Of a DNA stretch of 64,000 bases, positions 54,552 to 63,376 are shown in pieces; position 1 is the first letter of the stretch, and each line of letters opens with the position of its first letter. This DNA comes from Candidatus Nezhaarchaeales archaeon. GTDB taxonomy: Archaea; Thermoproteota; Methanomethylicia; Nezhaarchaeales; WYZ-LMO8. The notes under the pieces were generated by a model. The model was given only the letters and a program-made list of their open reading frames with translations. It ran no database searches and was not told the origin of the DNA. The stretch spans positions 224,001-288,000 of the forward strand of contig JAWAKK010000002.1 in assembly GCA_038887515.1 (NCBI GenBank). Direction: 5' to 3'. Both the position numbers and the translations under genes were made by a program.

Positions 54552-55814
54552 AAACTTCTCGAGTGTTGTCTTTGCCTTATCCTTCTCTGAACCCTTAACA
54601 TCTTTCTCTAACAACTTATCCATTATTTCTACAAACTCTCTTTCCCTTCCTTTGGGTATTATGCCGCTCGCCGCGCCTAAATGGCCATCTCCAAAGCCAC
54701 CTACCTGCTTAGCAGCTTCAGCCAAAGCCTTTGATAGAGGCCGTAAGGAACCAGTCTCTATTAACGTTAAAATCTTCTTAGGCGCTCTAGCGGAGACCTT
54801 AACATAGTTTCCTTCTAAGTCTCCTAACTCCGGCACATAACTCTTCATATTCATAATACCTACCAGAACCTTGTTGTCGTCGACGATCCTCTGGTGCATT
54901 AAATAGCTGCAGAAGGTACCTATGACCTTGACGCCCATGTCGCGGAACTCATCTTCAACGTGGAACCACTGAGTCCACTTCAGTTTATTGAGGCCGACGT
55001 ATCGAAGCCTTGCCAATACATTTAAATAAGCTCTCTTCCTCCTCTCCTCGAGTTCGTCAAGTAAGTCTTCCAATCCACTCCATGAGCACTTGACGCAGGC
55101 ACTTAAAGCCTTTTGGGGGCCACCTTCATAGTAACCTACCGAGGCCATTATTGTAAGCTTAGTTGATAAAGTCTCAGGATTTGTGAACTTACCGTCCCAG
55201 AGCACCTTAGCCTTCTTATTCTTCTCATCATAGATAGCTACACCGGCTCTTACAGCATCGTTAAGAGCTAGGAGGTTAAACCCTCTAATTTCCCCCGGTA
55301 TCTCTACCGAACCTATTACAGCTAAGTTTGCGTGCTTTTCGACGTTCTCCTTTATGGAGCGGGTGAAGAAGTATGCGAGACTCGCGCCGCAAGCGTACGT
55401 TCCGCCATCTACTCCATGAACTTCAGGATTCAGGATCGTGACCTCTTCACTTACTTTACCCGTGAATTCAAGATCGTGGTGGTCTATAACTATTATTCTC
55501 CTCCTCTGAGGATTGAGCGAAGTTATCATGGAAACGTGGGGGCTTCCCAAATCAACGTAAATTATTGGCTCCTTGCCTTGTGCTTGTAACTTCTTTACTG
55601 CTTGCGGATATGTCTTTTCGAGACACACTGCTTGCACGGTAAACCTGTCTTCAAGTGCTACCTTCAGAAGGGCTGCCGCTGCTATTCCATCAGCGTCATC
55701 GTGGTGAACTATTAATATCTTTTTTGAACTTTCTTCAAGCAACCTCTTGGCGCTCTCATAGATCTCTCTAAGTACTTCGTCTAGTCCCCTCTTGATATCA
55801 TAACTCTCTCGCAT
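54528..55814 (-). CDS. DHH/DHHA1 RecJ/Cdc45(GAN)-like protein
   Basis: HHDDADG, DLG, IDHH, NP..GVDG, VSAR, GDGH..AA. Confidence 0.85.
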   Translation of the reverse strand: MRESYDIKRGLDEVLREIYESAKRLLEESSKKILIVHHDDADGIAAAALLKVALEDRFTVQAVCLEKTYPQAVKKLQAQGKEPIIYVDLGSPHVSMITSLNPQRRRIIVIDHHDLEFTGKVSEEVTILNPEVHGVDGGTYACGASLAYFFTRSIKENVEKHANLAVIGSVEIPGEIRGFNLLALNDAVRAGVAIYDEKNKKAKVLWDGKFTNPETLSTKLTIMASVGYYEGGPQKALSACVKCSWSGLEDLLDELEERRKRAYLNVLARLRYVGLNKLKWTQWFHVEDEFRDMGVKVIGTFCSYLMHQRIVDDNKVLVGIMNMKSYVPELGDLEGNYVKVSARAPKKILTLIETGSLRPLSKALAEAAKQVGGFGDGHLGAASGIIPKGREREFVEIMDKLLEKDVKGSEKDKAKTTLEKFLFPKKVE

Positions 55815-55815
55815 T

Positions 55816-57000
55816 TCAAAGACCCAAGTCGTTAAACGTAAGTATCTCTAACGAAGCCGGCTTCTGCGCGACGTTCCCTATCCTTCCGCCTATAAGGACT
55901 TTGACGCCTTTAGTTTCGGCTATCTCTACGAGTCTTTGCGTTACCACACCATCGAAAACTATGTAGCTCACTTTTTCTTGGGACGATTGCAAGTAGCTCG
56001 CCAAGTCCTTTACCGGTACCCTCGCTAGAAGCCTCCAATTCTCATCATAAACTAGGCTCTCTAGGCTGCCTATGAGGTCCTTTACTTCTTTTAATACTTC
56101 AGTAGGCACCTTCTCTCTGATACGCGCTTCTGTTTGAACGTAGGGGGGCGTATGTGCAGGTTGCGGTCCTTTCTCTAGTATAGCTAGATACTCGTTTAAG
56201 GGAATTTTGTCTCTCAAACATTTTGCAATCTCCTTTCCGGTCAATTCTTCAACTTCTTTTCCTGGTGGCGCTCTTGCCACGTAATCTATGTCGGCTACTT
56301 GAACTAGTTGCCTCAATACCAACTCTCCTCCTCTATCTCCGTCTACGAATGCTACCGCTGTTTTTTCTTTACATAGGTTAATTATGGTCTTTGGCACCGA
56401 TGCTCCTTCGATGGCAATTACGTTTCGATAGTCATGTCTTAATAAGTTAACTACGTCGGCTCTACCCTCAACTATTATTATTGTGTCGCTCTTGTCAACG
56501 TCGGGTCCTGCGGGTAACTTTTCAGGCCCATAAGCTATAAGCTGAGCTTCTCTGACAGCCTTTAGGATTTCTTCGGTTATTTCACGAGTATCCGGCATTG
56601 CTTCTCTCCACTTCATTAAAAGCTCTTTTGCCCTCTCAACAACCTTCTTGCGTTTCTCTTCTCTCACATCTTCTATCTTGGTTACAACTATCTTCGCATC
56701 GTAGGGTCCAACCTTGTCCACGGTTTCTATAGCTGCCGCTATTAGAGCGGTCTCTACTTTATCTAAATTCGATGGTATTTCTATGTGCCCTATGCACTTG
56801 TTGTTTTTTTCCTCGAGGATTACTTGGACCCTACCTATCCTACCGGCTTTTTGTAGCTCTCTTAGATCGAGCTTGTCGCCAAGCAAGCCCTCAGTCTGCC
56901 CAAATAGTGCCCCTATGACATCTGACTTATCTACTATACCGCCTATTTCTATCGTAGCGTAAATTATGTACTTAGCTGTGACGGCGACTCCTCCCATCAT
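55816..57000 (-). CDS. dnaG: Archaeal DnaG (TOPRIM primase-like, exosome-associated)
   Basis: DVIGALFGQTEGLLG, IIVEGRADV, FVDGDRGG, GKEVEEL. Confidence 0.95.
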   Translation of the reverse strand: MMGGVAVTAKYIIYATIEIGGIVDKSDVIGALFGQTEGLLGDKLDLRELQKAGRIGRVQVILEEKNNKCIGHIEIPSNLDKVETALIAAAIETVDKVGPYDAKIVVTKIEDVREEKRKKVVERAKELLMKWREAMPDTREITEEILKAVREAQLIAYGPEKLPAGPDVDKSDTIIIVEGRADVVNLLRHDYRNVIAIEGASVPKTIINLCKEKTAVAFVDGDRGGELVLRQLVQVADIDYVARAPPGKEVEELTGKEIAKCLRDKIPLNEYLAILEKGPQPAHTPPYVQTEARIREKVPTEVLKEVKDLIGSLESLVYDENWRLLARVPVKDLASYLQSSQEKVSYIVFDGVVTQRLVEIAETKGVKVLIGGRIGNVAQKPASLEILTFNDLGL

Positions 57001-57074
57001 TTATCACCATATAGTTAATTCATAGTGTAAGTTTGAATAAGCGTGTAAACATTCTTATCAAAGAAGAAGCTCCT

Positions 57075-58154
57075 TTATCTAGTTATCGTAGCTTTACTCA
57101 TGACTTCAAGTAATTCTTTGGCCTCTTTATTCGAAGAGAAGTACTTCCTAACAGGCTCAAGAACCTTCGACAACGCATCGGCTACCGCTCGTTTAAGATC
57201 CTTCGGATGTAACTCTCCTCTACTATACATTTGAAGTAGCTCACTAAAACTTTCGATCGTAACTTCTCCTCCATACTCTTTACCGCGTTCTACGTAAAGC
57301 TTGAAGCCTTGCTGAGCAAAAAGTATATGCTTGCATATCTCGATAATGGGGTTCATATTAACGATCTTCATGGGACAATAGGCATACTCTATCTTTCTCG
57401 CTATTTCTTCAGGGGGGTCGTGAACGAAGATGCAGCCTTCGGGCTTTGATTTACTCATCTTCAAATCTACTTCGTCGATTTGTTGAACGTCCATAGGCGG
57501 TCTCAAGCTTATTAGCAGAGGGGTATGTATGGCTACGGGCTTTTTTAAGTTCTTCTTTTCAGCGATCTCCCTCGCTAGCATGTGAGCTTTACGCTGATCG
57601 GTACCCCCTAAACACACGTCGAGGTCCATATAGAATATGTCCGCTATCTGCATACATGGATATATGAGCTTTGAAAAATCTAAGACACTCTCGCTCTCCT
57701 TTCTACCCATTATAGTTATGGCCCTCCGAACCCTTGCTAAAGACATACTCTTGGCTGCCGTGATGACTATTTTCCAATAATCAGGATCACTTACCAAATC
57801 CTCAGCCTTAACGTACTCCACATCGCCTTTATCAACCCCTAAAGCTTTCAATACGTGTTCAATGTAAAGGGCGCACTTATGTATAGTTTCTAGCTCACCA
57901 CCGAGCTTATCGTTAATCCAAGCATGCCACGTCGCTTCCAGTACCTTCATTTTAACTCCCACATCTAACAGGTCCCTAACTTTTCTAGCCCAAATTAGCC
58001 AACCTATGTGAAATAGGCCCGATGGTTCGACCCCTATGTAACCCTTTACGTCGCTACTCTTTAAGAGCTCGACCAGCTCAGAGAGCATTACGACCTCGGA
58101 GGTATTCCTAGTAGCCACCTTGACCTTCTCTTCAAGATCCATAGTCTCATCCAC
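57075..58154 (-). CDS. tyrS: Tyrosine--tRNA ligase
   Basis: YIGVEPSG.FHIG, YPCMQIAD, GGTDQRK, KMSKS, LHPKDLK. Confidence 0.95.
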   Translation of the reverse strand: MDETMDLEEKVKVATRNTSEVVMLSELVELLKSSDVKGYIGVEPSGLFHIGWLIWARKVRDLLDVGVKMKVLEATWHAWINDKLGGELETIHKCALYIEHVLKALGVDKGDVEYVKAEDLVSDPDYWKIVITAAKSMSLARVRRAITIMGRKESESVLDFSKLIYPCMQIADIFYMDLDVCLGGTDQRKAHMLAREIAEKKNLKKPVAIHTPLLISLRPPMDVQQIDEVDLKMSKSKPEGCIFVHDPPEEIARKIEYAYCPMKIVNMNPIIEICKHILFAQQGFKLYVERGKEYGGEVTIESFSELLQMYSRGELHPKDLKRAVADALSKVLEPVRKYFSSNKEAKELLEVMSKATITR

Positions 58155-58157
58155 CCA

Positions 58158-58276
58158 ATTTCAGGCCGCGCCGGCTATTGCCGTGCATCGACCCACCCAG
58201 TATCATAGTATCGGGCCTGATGCCCCCTCCACGGGGACTCTCCATGCACGGCTTTTAGACCGGCGCGGCCTGAAAT
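58158..58276 (-). ncRNA. Candidate H/ACA pseudouridylation guide (23S H69) inside a 17-bp outer stem
   Basis: Inner stem GCCGTGCAT/ATGCACGGC followed by A-ATA; pocket strands GGAGAGT and GGGT complement 23S 8029-8035 and 8023-8026 around U8027. Confidence 0.6.
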
Positions 58277-58310
58277 ATGATGTCGTCAATACCTATAAAA
58301 GTTAGTTTTA

Positions 58311-58420
58311 GAGCCGCTGGGTTTGTACCGCAGGTGGGTAAGGTGGGCGATCATTCATCGGGCCCCCCTCATTGTCTCTCCACCCCGTCGCTGCGGCTTG
58401 GGGTTTTAACCCAGCGGCTC
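58311..58420 (-). ncRNA. Candidate H/ACA guide with K-turn/K-loop inside a 13-bp outer stem
   Basis: Inner stem GCCGCAG/CTGCGGT directly followed by ACA; apical TGA-GGG..CCC-GAT-GA; target uncertain. Confidence 0.55.
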
Positions 58421-58436
58421 GTTTTCTTACTGTTCT

Positions 58437-60122
58437 TTAAGAGATATTAATACTTGTACTCCATGCCCTATGTACTTTTGAAAGGCTTATCTCGAACGCA
58501 GCTGCGGGGGCCTGTAATCCAAACTTTAAGAGCACATCTGGCTTTATTTCGCCGATGAATCCAACGACTTCACCGTTCACGATTATCGAGCCACAACGTC
58601 CTTCTATCATTTGCTCTCTTCTATCGCTCTTAACCTCAAATTCCAAATTTAGTATCCTTAGCAGCGAATAAAGTACTGCCTGAACATCCTCATATCCAAC
58701 CTTATAATTTATGTGTACTGCAGCTAACCTTCTGTCGTAAAAGCATTTTACGTCGAAGCTTTCGTCTATTAATACTACGTCTCCAACTTCAAATATCTTT
58801 TGAGGATACTCTATGTGGGTATTCTCGGATAGGAAGTCGAGAAGAGATGGTATGAGGCTTGTTCTCAAAGAGGTGTAATCAGAAGATACTGGTTTGACTA
58901 CCCGAACCCTCTTATCGTATGAGCATGAATCGTCGAGTTTTCTATCACTTATGAACATGTAGGTCATCACTTCTTGGAATCCATAACCTATCATCAACTC
59001 ACGACAGAGTCTAGCGAAGGTTACAAGCTCCAGCTCACAGCCTTTCGTGGTTACTGGAGGTACTTCCGGGATTATCCTATTGTATCCGTAACCTATAGCA
59101 AAGTCTTCGGCCACGTCTACGTCTCCCATTACGTCAATCCTGTAGAATGGTATTAAGACGTCTAATACGCTTCCTTTTACGACCGCGTCCATTCGAGCGC
59201 GCCTTAGGCATCTAACAACTTCGTCGATCGGTTCATTAATCCCAGTTATTTCAACAATCCTGCTATAATTCACGGTTACCATCTTACATTCAGTCACAGG
59301 CTCTACCCTCTTGACAGAGGGCCCCTCTTGTATTACGAACTTGAATATTTTCCCCCCTCTTTCAGCTAAGTTAGCGGTTAAAATGGCTAGAGCGCTTCTT
59401 ACAGCCCTTAGATCTGTCCCGGTAACGTCTATAAGCAAGTTCCTGGTACTCGACGTCACCTTTGTCAAGTCCGAATTTATTATTGGAGGCATGGAAAGCA
59501 CGTTGCCGTTAGAATCTATGAGTAGCGGTGCTAACCCCCGATCTTTAATTAACCGTCCATACTCAATCCCCTTTGGATGTATTTCGATGATCTCTCTTCC
59601 ATTCATCTCTTTGTCTCCTTCCAGTGGAACGAATGAAAAGGAATCGAAGGGCTTCGCTGTATACACTATCGGAGTCCTCACTACGTCGAGGTTATGCAAA
59701 CCTATGGCGAACTTCCTACGGTTTCTGCCATGAGTTTTATGCAGCGTCTCCTGTAACTGTATCAGTTGTCTTAAACCTTCTTCTCCAAGGCTGCAATCTA
59801 CAACGGCTGCGCAAGCGACAAACGGCCTAACCTTTTCAACGATGCCATCAACTTCAACGACAAAACCGTCAGTGAGCTCCGTTATAGGGTATTTGGGGAT
59901 TCCCAGCTCTACTTCAAAGAGCCCTTTTAAGCATCTCGCAATACCCTCTGAAGAGAACATGTCTGGCCTATCGCTCGTGACTTCAAGCACCACATCGTCT
60001 GAACCGACAGCTTTAACCTCAACTTTTGTTGCCTCTAAAGCCTCTACCAGCTCGTCATCGCTTATTTCGTGTATGCCAACGAGCTTGAGAAGATCTCTCT
60101 TGCTGATGATTATAGTAGGCAA
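58437..60122 (-). CDS. pheT: Phenylalanine--tRNA ligase beta subunit
   Basis: DRPDMFSSEGIAR, AIGLH, SMPPIINS, R.D..DVAEDFAIGYGY, LRTSLIPSLL, KIFEVG. Confidence 0.96.
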   Translation of the reverse strand: MPTIIISKRDLLKLVGIHEISDDELVEALEATKVEVKAVGSDDVVLEVTSDRPDMFSSEGIARCLKGLFEVELGIPKYPITELTDGFVVEVDGIVEKVRPFVACAAVVDCSLGEEGLRQLIQLQETLHKTHGRNRRKFAIGLHNLDVVRTPIVYTAKPFDSFSFVPLEGDKEMNGREIIEIHPKGIEYGRLIKDRGLAPLLIDSNGNVLSMPPIINSDLTKVTSSTRNLLIDVTGTDLRAVRSALAILTANLAERGGKIFKFVIQEGPSVKRVEPVTECKMVTVNYSRIVEITGINEPIDEVVRCLRRARMDAVVKGSVLDVLIPFYRIDVMGDVDVAEDFAIGYGYNRIIPEVPPVTTKGCELELVTFARLCRELMIGYGFQEVMTYMFISDRKLDDSCSYDKRVRVVKPVSSDYTSLRTSLIPSLLDFLSENTHIEYPQKIFEVGDVVLIDESFDVKCFYDRRLAAVHINYKVGYEDVQAVLYSLLRILNLEFEVKSDRREQMIEGRCGSIIVNGEVVGFIGEIKPDVLLKFGLQAPAAAFEISLSKVHRAWSTSINIS

Positions 60123-61621
60123 TGCGGCACCACCGCCTTAGCCCTTATAAAGTTAAGATTACGAGAACACAGCTCTCGTATATCTGATATATGGAGTAGA
60201 GCCATTGCAAGCCTATCTATGCCTATGCCCCAAGCGGCAACCGGATAATCTATTCCTAAGGCTTCTAGGACCTCTGGTCTAAACATGCCGGCGCCGAGAC
60301 ACTCAATCCAGCCGAGTTGTGGATGATAAACTGAGCCCTCGACACTAGGCTCTGTGAACGGAAAGTAGCTTGGCCTAAACCTAACTTCTTTAAACCCAAG
60401 TCTTTTAGCAAAGTCCTGTAACACTCCTAGGAGCACTTTTAGGTTCACCCCTTTATCGCCGTAAATTCCATCCACTTGAGTAAACTCAATAAAGTGTGTG
60501 GCGTCAATTACGTCGGGCCTGAAGACCTTTGATATAGAGAACATCTTCACTGGAGGTCTCGGCCTTTCGGCTAAGAACCTAGCTGAAACTGCGGTTGTAT
60601 GGCTTCTAAGTACGAGTCTTGATGCTTGCTCTTCGCTCCAAGGGTACTCCCACTTTTCTTCGTGGACTTTCTTAACCTTTTCAACCAGCTCCCTGTCAGG
60701 AAGACGACCCTTTGAAGGTTCAAGAAGCACGAAACAGTCGTGTATTTCTCTAGCAGGGTGATCTTGAGCCTGGAAGAGCACGTCGAAGTTCCAAAATTCC
60801 AATTCAACATATGGGCCCTCAGCCTCTACAAAACCCATCTCTACCAGTATCCTTCGAACTTTGTCTAGGAATTCGGCGTAGAAGTGTTTTCGAGCGGGAT
60901 AAACCTTGGGGGGTTCGGCTGAGACGTCGTAAGGCTTAAGATAGACTTCCTTCCACTCTCCGCTTTTTATCATATCTGCTGTCAGCGCACCTACAACCTT
61001 TACGCTTAAAGCTCTCTTTAAAGCCTCTAAACCTCTACTGGTTAGTAGAACCATTCTCCTCTTACTGGGAACTACTACGACAAGCTTACGAACCTTCAAT
61101 TCTGATAGAACTTCTTCAGGCAATTCCCTTATCTTAACTTCTTCCCCGCTTGCTAATCTCTTTAGAACATCCTCTACAGGATCTTTTTCGATCGATCGAT
61201 TGAATTTTACAAATTTCTTTCCCTCAACAACAATTATTTCTCCAAGGCCCTTCCTACGCACCCAGCCTAACGCTATCTTCATCTCTTCATCTTTCATACC
61301 GACTTCTTTCTTTAACGCCTGAAGCTCAACTTGACCTCCGGCCTTTTCGACTACCTCTATAATTCTCCTTTCAGGGAGACCTTTCCTAGCGTACTCTCTT
61401 CCTTCATCCGTAAGAACTAAGTGGTCGCCTTCTTCAGACACAACGCTTACAAACCCCTTCTCACTTAACGCTTCTAGATACGACATTACTGAGCTCAGGG
61501 TTGTTCCAGCCTTTTCGACAAGCTCGCTTACCTCTAGAGCTCTCTGAGCTTCGCTTAAGCACCTCAAGATCCTAGTCTCGCCCTCTGATAGTTCTAGTCG
61601 ACTCATTTTGTTCAGCACCAC
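60110..61621 (-). CDS. pheS: Phenylalanine--tRNA ligase alpha subunit
   Basis: FWNFDVLFQAQDHPARE, LRSHTT, FRPDVIDATH, YFPFTEPS, GAGMFRPE, WGIGIDRL. Confidence 0.96.
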   Translation of the reverse strand: MVLNKMSRLELSEGETRILRCLSEAQRALEVSELVEKAGTTLSSVMSYLEALSEKGFVSVVSEEGDHLVLTDEGREYARKGLPERRIIEVVEKAGGQVELQALKKEVGMKDEEMKIALGWVRRKGLGEIIVVEGKKFVKFNRSIEKDPVEDVLKRLASGEEVKIRELPEEVLSELKVRKLVVVVPSKRRMVLLTSRGLEALKRALSVKVVGALTADMIKSGEWKEVYLKPYDVSAEPPKVYPARKHFYAEFLDKVRRILVEMGFVEAEGPYVELEFWNFDVLFQAQDHPAREIHDCFVLLEPSKGRLPDRELVEKVKKVHEEKWEYPWSEEQASRLVLRSHTTAVSARFLAERPRPPVKMFSISKVFRPDVIDATHFIEFTQVDGIYGDKGVNLKVLLGVLQDFAKRLGFKEVRFRPSYFPFTEPSVEGSVYHPQLGWIECLGAGMFRPEVLEALGIDYPVAAWGIGIDRLAMALLHISDIRELCSRNLNFIRAKAVVPHCLL

Positions 61622-61719
61622 TTAGTTTTTGGAAGACACTTCTATAAGGAAGCTTTTAATTTTCACTTTAGAAGTTAATGACTACGACGTATGGGCGATA
61701 AGCTTGGGGGTGTATCTAT

Positions 61720-62811
61720 ACGAGCGTCATTGATCCGTGGGGACTAACTGCAATAGAAAGCTATGAGAAGTTGCTAGAAGAGTTCGGCATACAGAGAATG
61801 AGCGAGATTATTGACAAATTGCCTTGTAAACCTTCATTCATTCGTAGGGGTATAGTCTTCGGTCATAGAGACTTCGAGCGGATAGTAGAAGCAATAAATA
61901 AGCAACAACCGTTCGCGGTTATGAGCGGCATAAAACCTACGGGACCTCTACACATGGGCACTATTTTAACGCTTAGAGAAATGGTTTTCTTCCAAAAAAT
62001 GGGGGGTACTGTTTTCTACTGCATCGCTGACATAGAGGCATACGAAGATAATGGAATACCGTTTGAAGAAAGCGAAAAGATAGCTATAGACAACCTTGCG
62101 GACGCCTTAGCTTTAGGGCTAGATCCCTCGCGGGCATACATATATAGACAGTCGAGGGAAGAGGATGTTAAGCACCTGGCATTCATATTTGCTAGGGCAG
62201 TTACACTTTCAACCATAGAGGCTATATACGGAGTACGGCACATGGGCCTATACATGTCAGCTCTAGTTCAAGCAGGCGACATACTGCTTCCACAGCTAAA
62301 GCGTTTCGGGGGACCTAAGCCGACAGTTGTTCCCGTAGGAATAGATCAGGACCCGCACATTAGGTTATGTAGAGACCTCGCTCATAAATTTAGAGAAAAA
62401 TTTGGCTTTATACTACCGTCCGCCACGTACCACATGATAATAAGGGGGCTAGACGGTAGCTCCAAGATGAGTAAGAGAAATCCAATGAGCTACTTCACGT
62501 TAACAGAAGACTTAGAAAGCATAGCCTTCAAGTTGAGGAATGCCTATACTGGCGGAAGACCTACAGCGAAAGAACAGAAGATGCTGGGAGGAGAACCTGA
62601 GAAGTGTCCTATATTCGATCTCTACAAGTTCTTCTTCTTAGAAGAAGATGAGAAGCTCTTGGACATATATTCAAAATGTAAGAACGGCGAAATACTTTGC
62701 GGAGAGGATAAAGCAATAGCTATAGAGATAGTAACTTCTTTCATTAAAGAACATCAGCGGAAGAGGCGGACTTTTATTGATAAGTCAAGGGAGATTCTAG
62801 GCGTAAACTAA
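61720..62811 (+). CDS. trpS: Tryptophan--tRNA ligase
   Basis: IDPWG N-terminal motif lies upstream of the track start 61771; RRGIVFGHRD, SGIKPTGPLHMG, PVGIDQDPH, KMSK, AYTGGR; start position uncertain (see findings). Confidence 0.93.
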   Translation, partial: TSVIDPWGLTAIESYEKLLEEFGIQRMSEIIDKLPCKPSFIRRGIVFGHRDFERIVEAINKQQPFAVMSGIKPTGPLHMGTILTLREMVFFQKMGGTVFYCIADIEAYEDNGIPFEESEKIAIDNLADALALGLDPSRAYIYRQSREEDVKHLAFIFARAVTLSTIEAIYGVRHMGLYMSALVQAGDILLPQLKRFGGPKPTVVPVGIDQDPHIRLCRDLAHKFREKFGFILPSATYHMIIRGLDGSSKMSKRNPMSYFTLTEDLESIAFKLRNAYTGGRPTAKEQKMLGGEPEKCPIFDLYKFFFLEEDEKLLDIYSKCKNGEILCGEDKAIAIEIVTSFIKEHQRKRRTFIDKSREILGVN

Positions 62812-62815
62812 TATC

Positions 62816-63298
62816 TCATACGTAAGGTCTACCCTCCTCGTCAATTTCTCCTCTCCTTATTCTCGTAGACGAAATAGGCTTACCGTCGTAGGCCAATATC
62901 ATGGGCACAACTATGACCGTGAGGGGTTTAAGACCTCTACTAACCCTAATTCTGTTTATTGTAAAGGCTCTCTGGACTGTCTCTTCGCTGACCACTAACG
63001 CCTCTAGGTTTTCATCGTAAATTGCCGTGCCATAGACGTCGCTTATCATGATTATATCAAAGTCAGCAAGTTTATGCAAACCTTCCTCCTTAATCCAATC
63101 TTCGAGCTTCCTCCTCCTGTCAATATAATTACTGATAGTAGCATCGTGCTTGCTCTTGGCAACCATTTCATCGCTCGTAATGCCTATAACAACTCGTCGG
63201 CCAACTTTAAACGCTGTCTTCAGTAGCTCCTTATGTCCTCTATGTAGCCTATCGAACGTCCCGGCTACAGCCACCAAATTAAAGGGCTTGTGTGTCAT
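62816..63298 (-). CDS. coaD: Phosphopantetheine adenylyltransferase (archaeal type)
   Basis: GTFDRLHRGH, GITSD, LVVSEET, ISSTRIR.GEID. Confidence 0.92.
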   Translation of the reverse strand: MTHKPFNLVAVAGTFDRLHRGHKELLKTAFKVGRRVVIGITSDEMVAKSKHDATISNYIDRRRKLEDWIKEEGLHKLADFDIIMISDVYGTAIYDENLEALVVSEETVQRAFTINRIRVSRGLKPLTVIVVPMILAYDGKPISSTRIRRGEIDEEGRPYV

Positions 63299-63376
63299 GT
63301 ATTTAAAGCACCCTTTGCTCCACTTTAAAAGAAATATAATCTCACCAGCCCAAAATGTTGTCGTGGGGTCTTTACG

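Noticed and set aside
58140-58276. T-box-like or attenuator reading of the tyrS leader (TAC TAT Tyr codons in a loop, AATTGGGTGG nearby, GTG-started peptide with YY)
   Set aside because: No UGGU-ACC antiterminator for tRNA-Tyr ACCA, GGGTG is explained as the SD, and the GTG is buried in a stem. H/ACA complementarity to H69 explains the element better. Not fully excluded.
58158-58420. Tandem glycine riboswitch (GGAGAG motifs), hammerhead ribozyme or MITE pair
   Set aside because: Lacks the CCGAAG/CTCTCAGG and CTGATGA..GAAA cores; the two terminal repeats differ and no clear target-site duplications or transposase are present.
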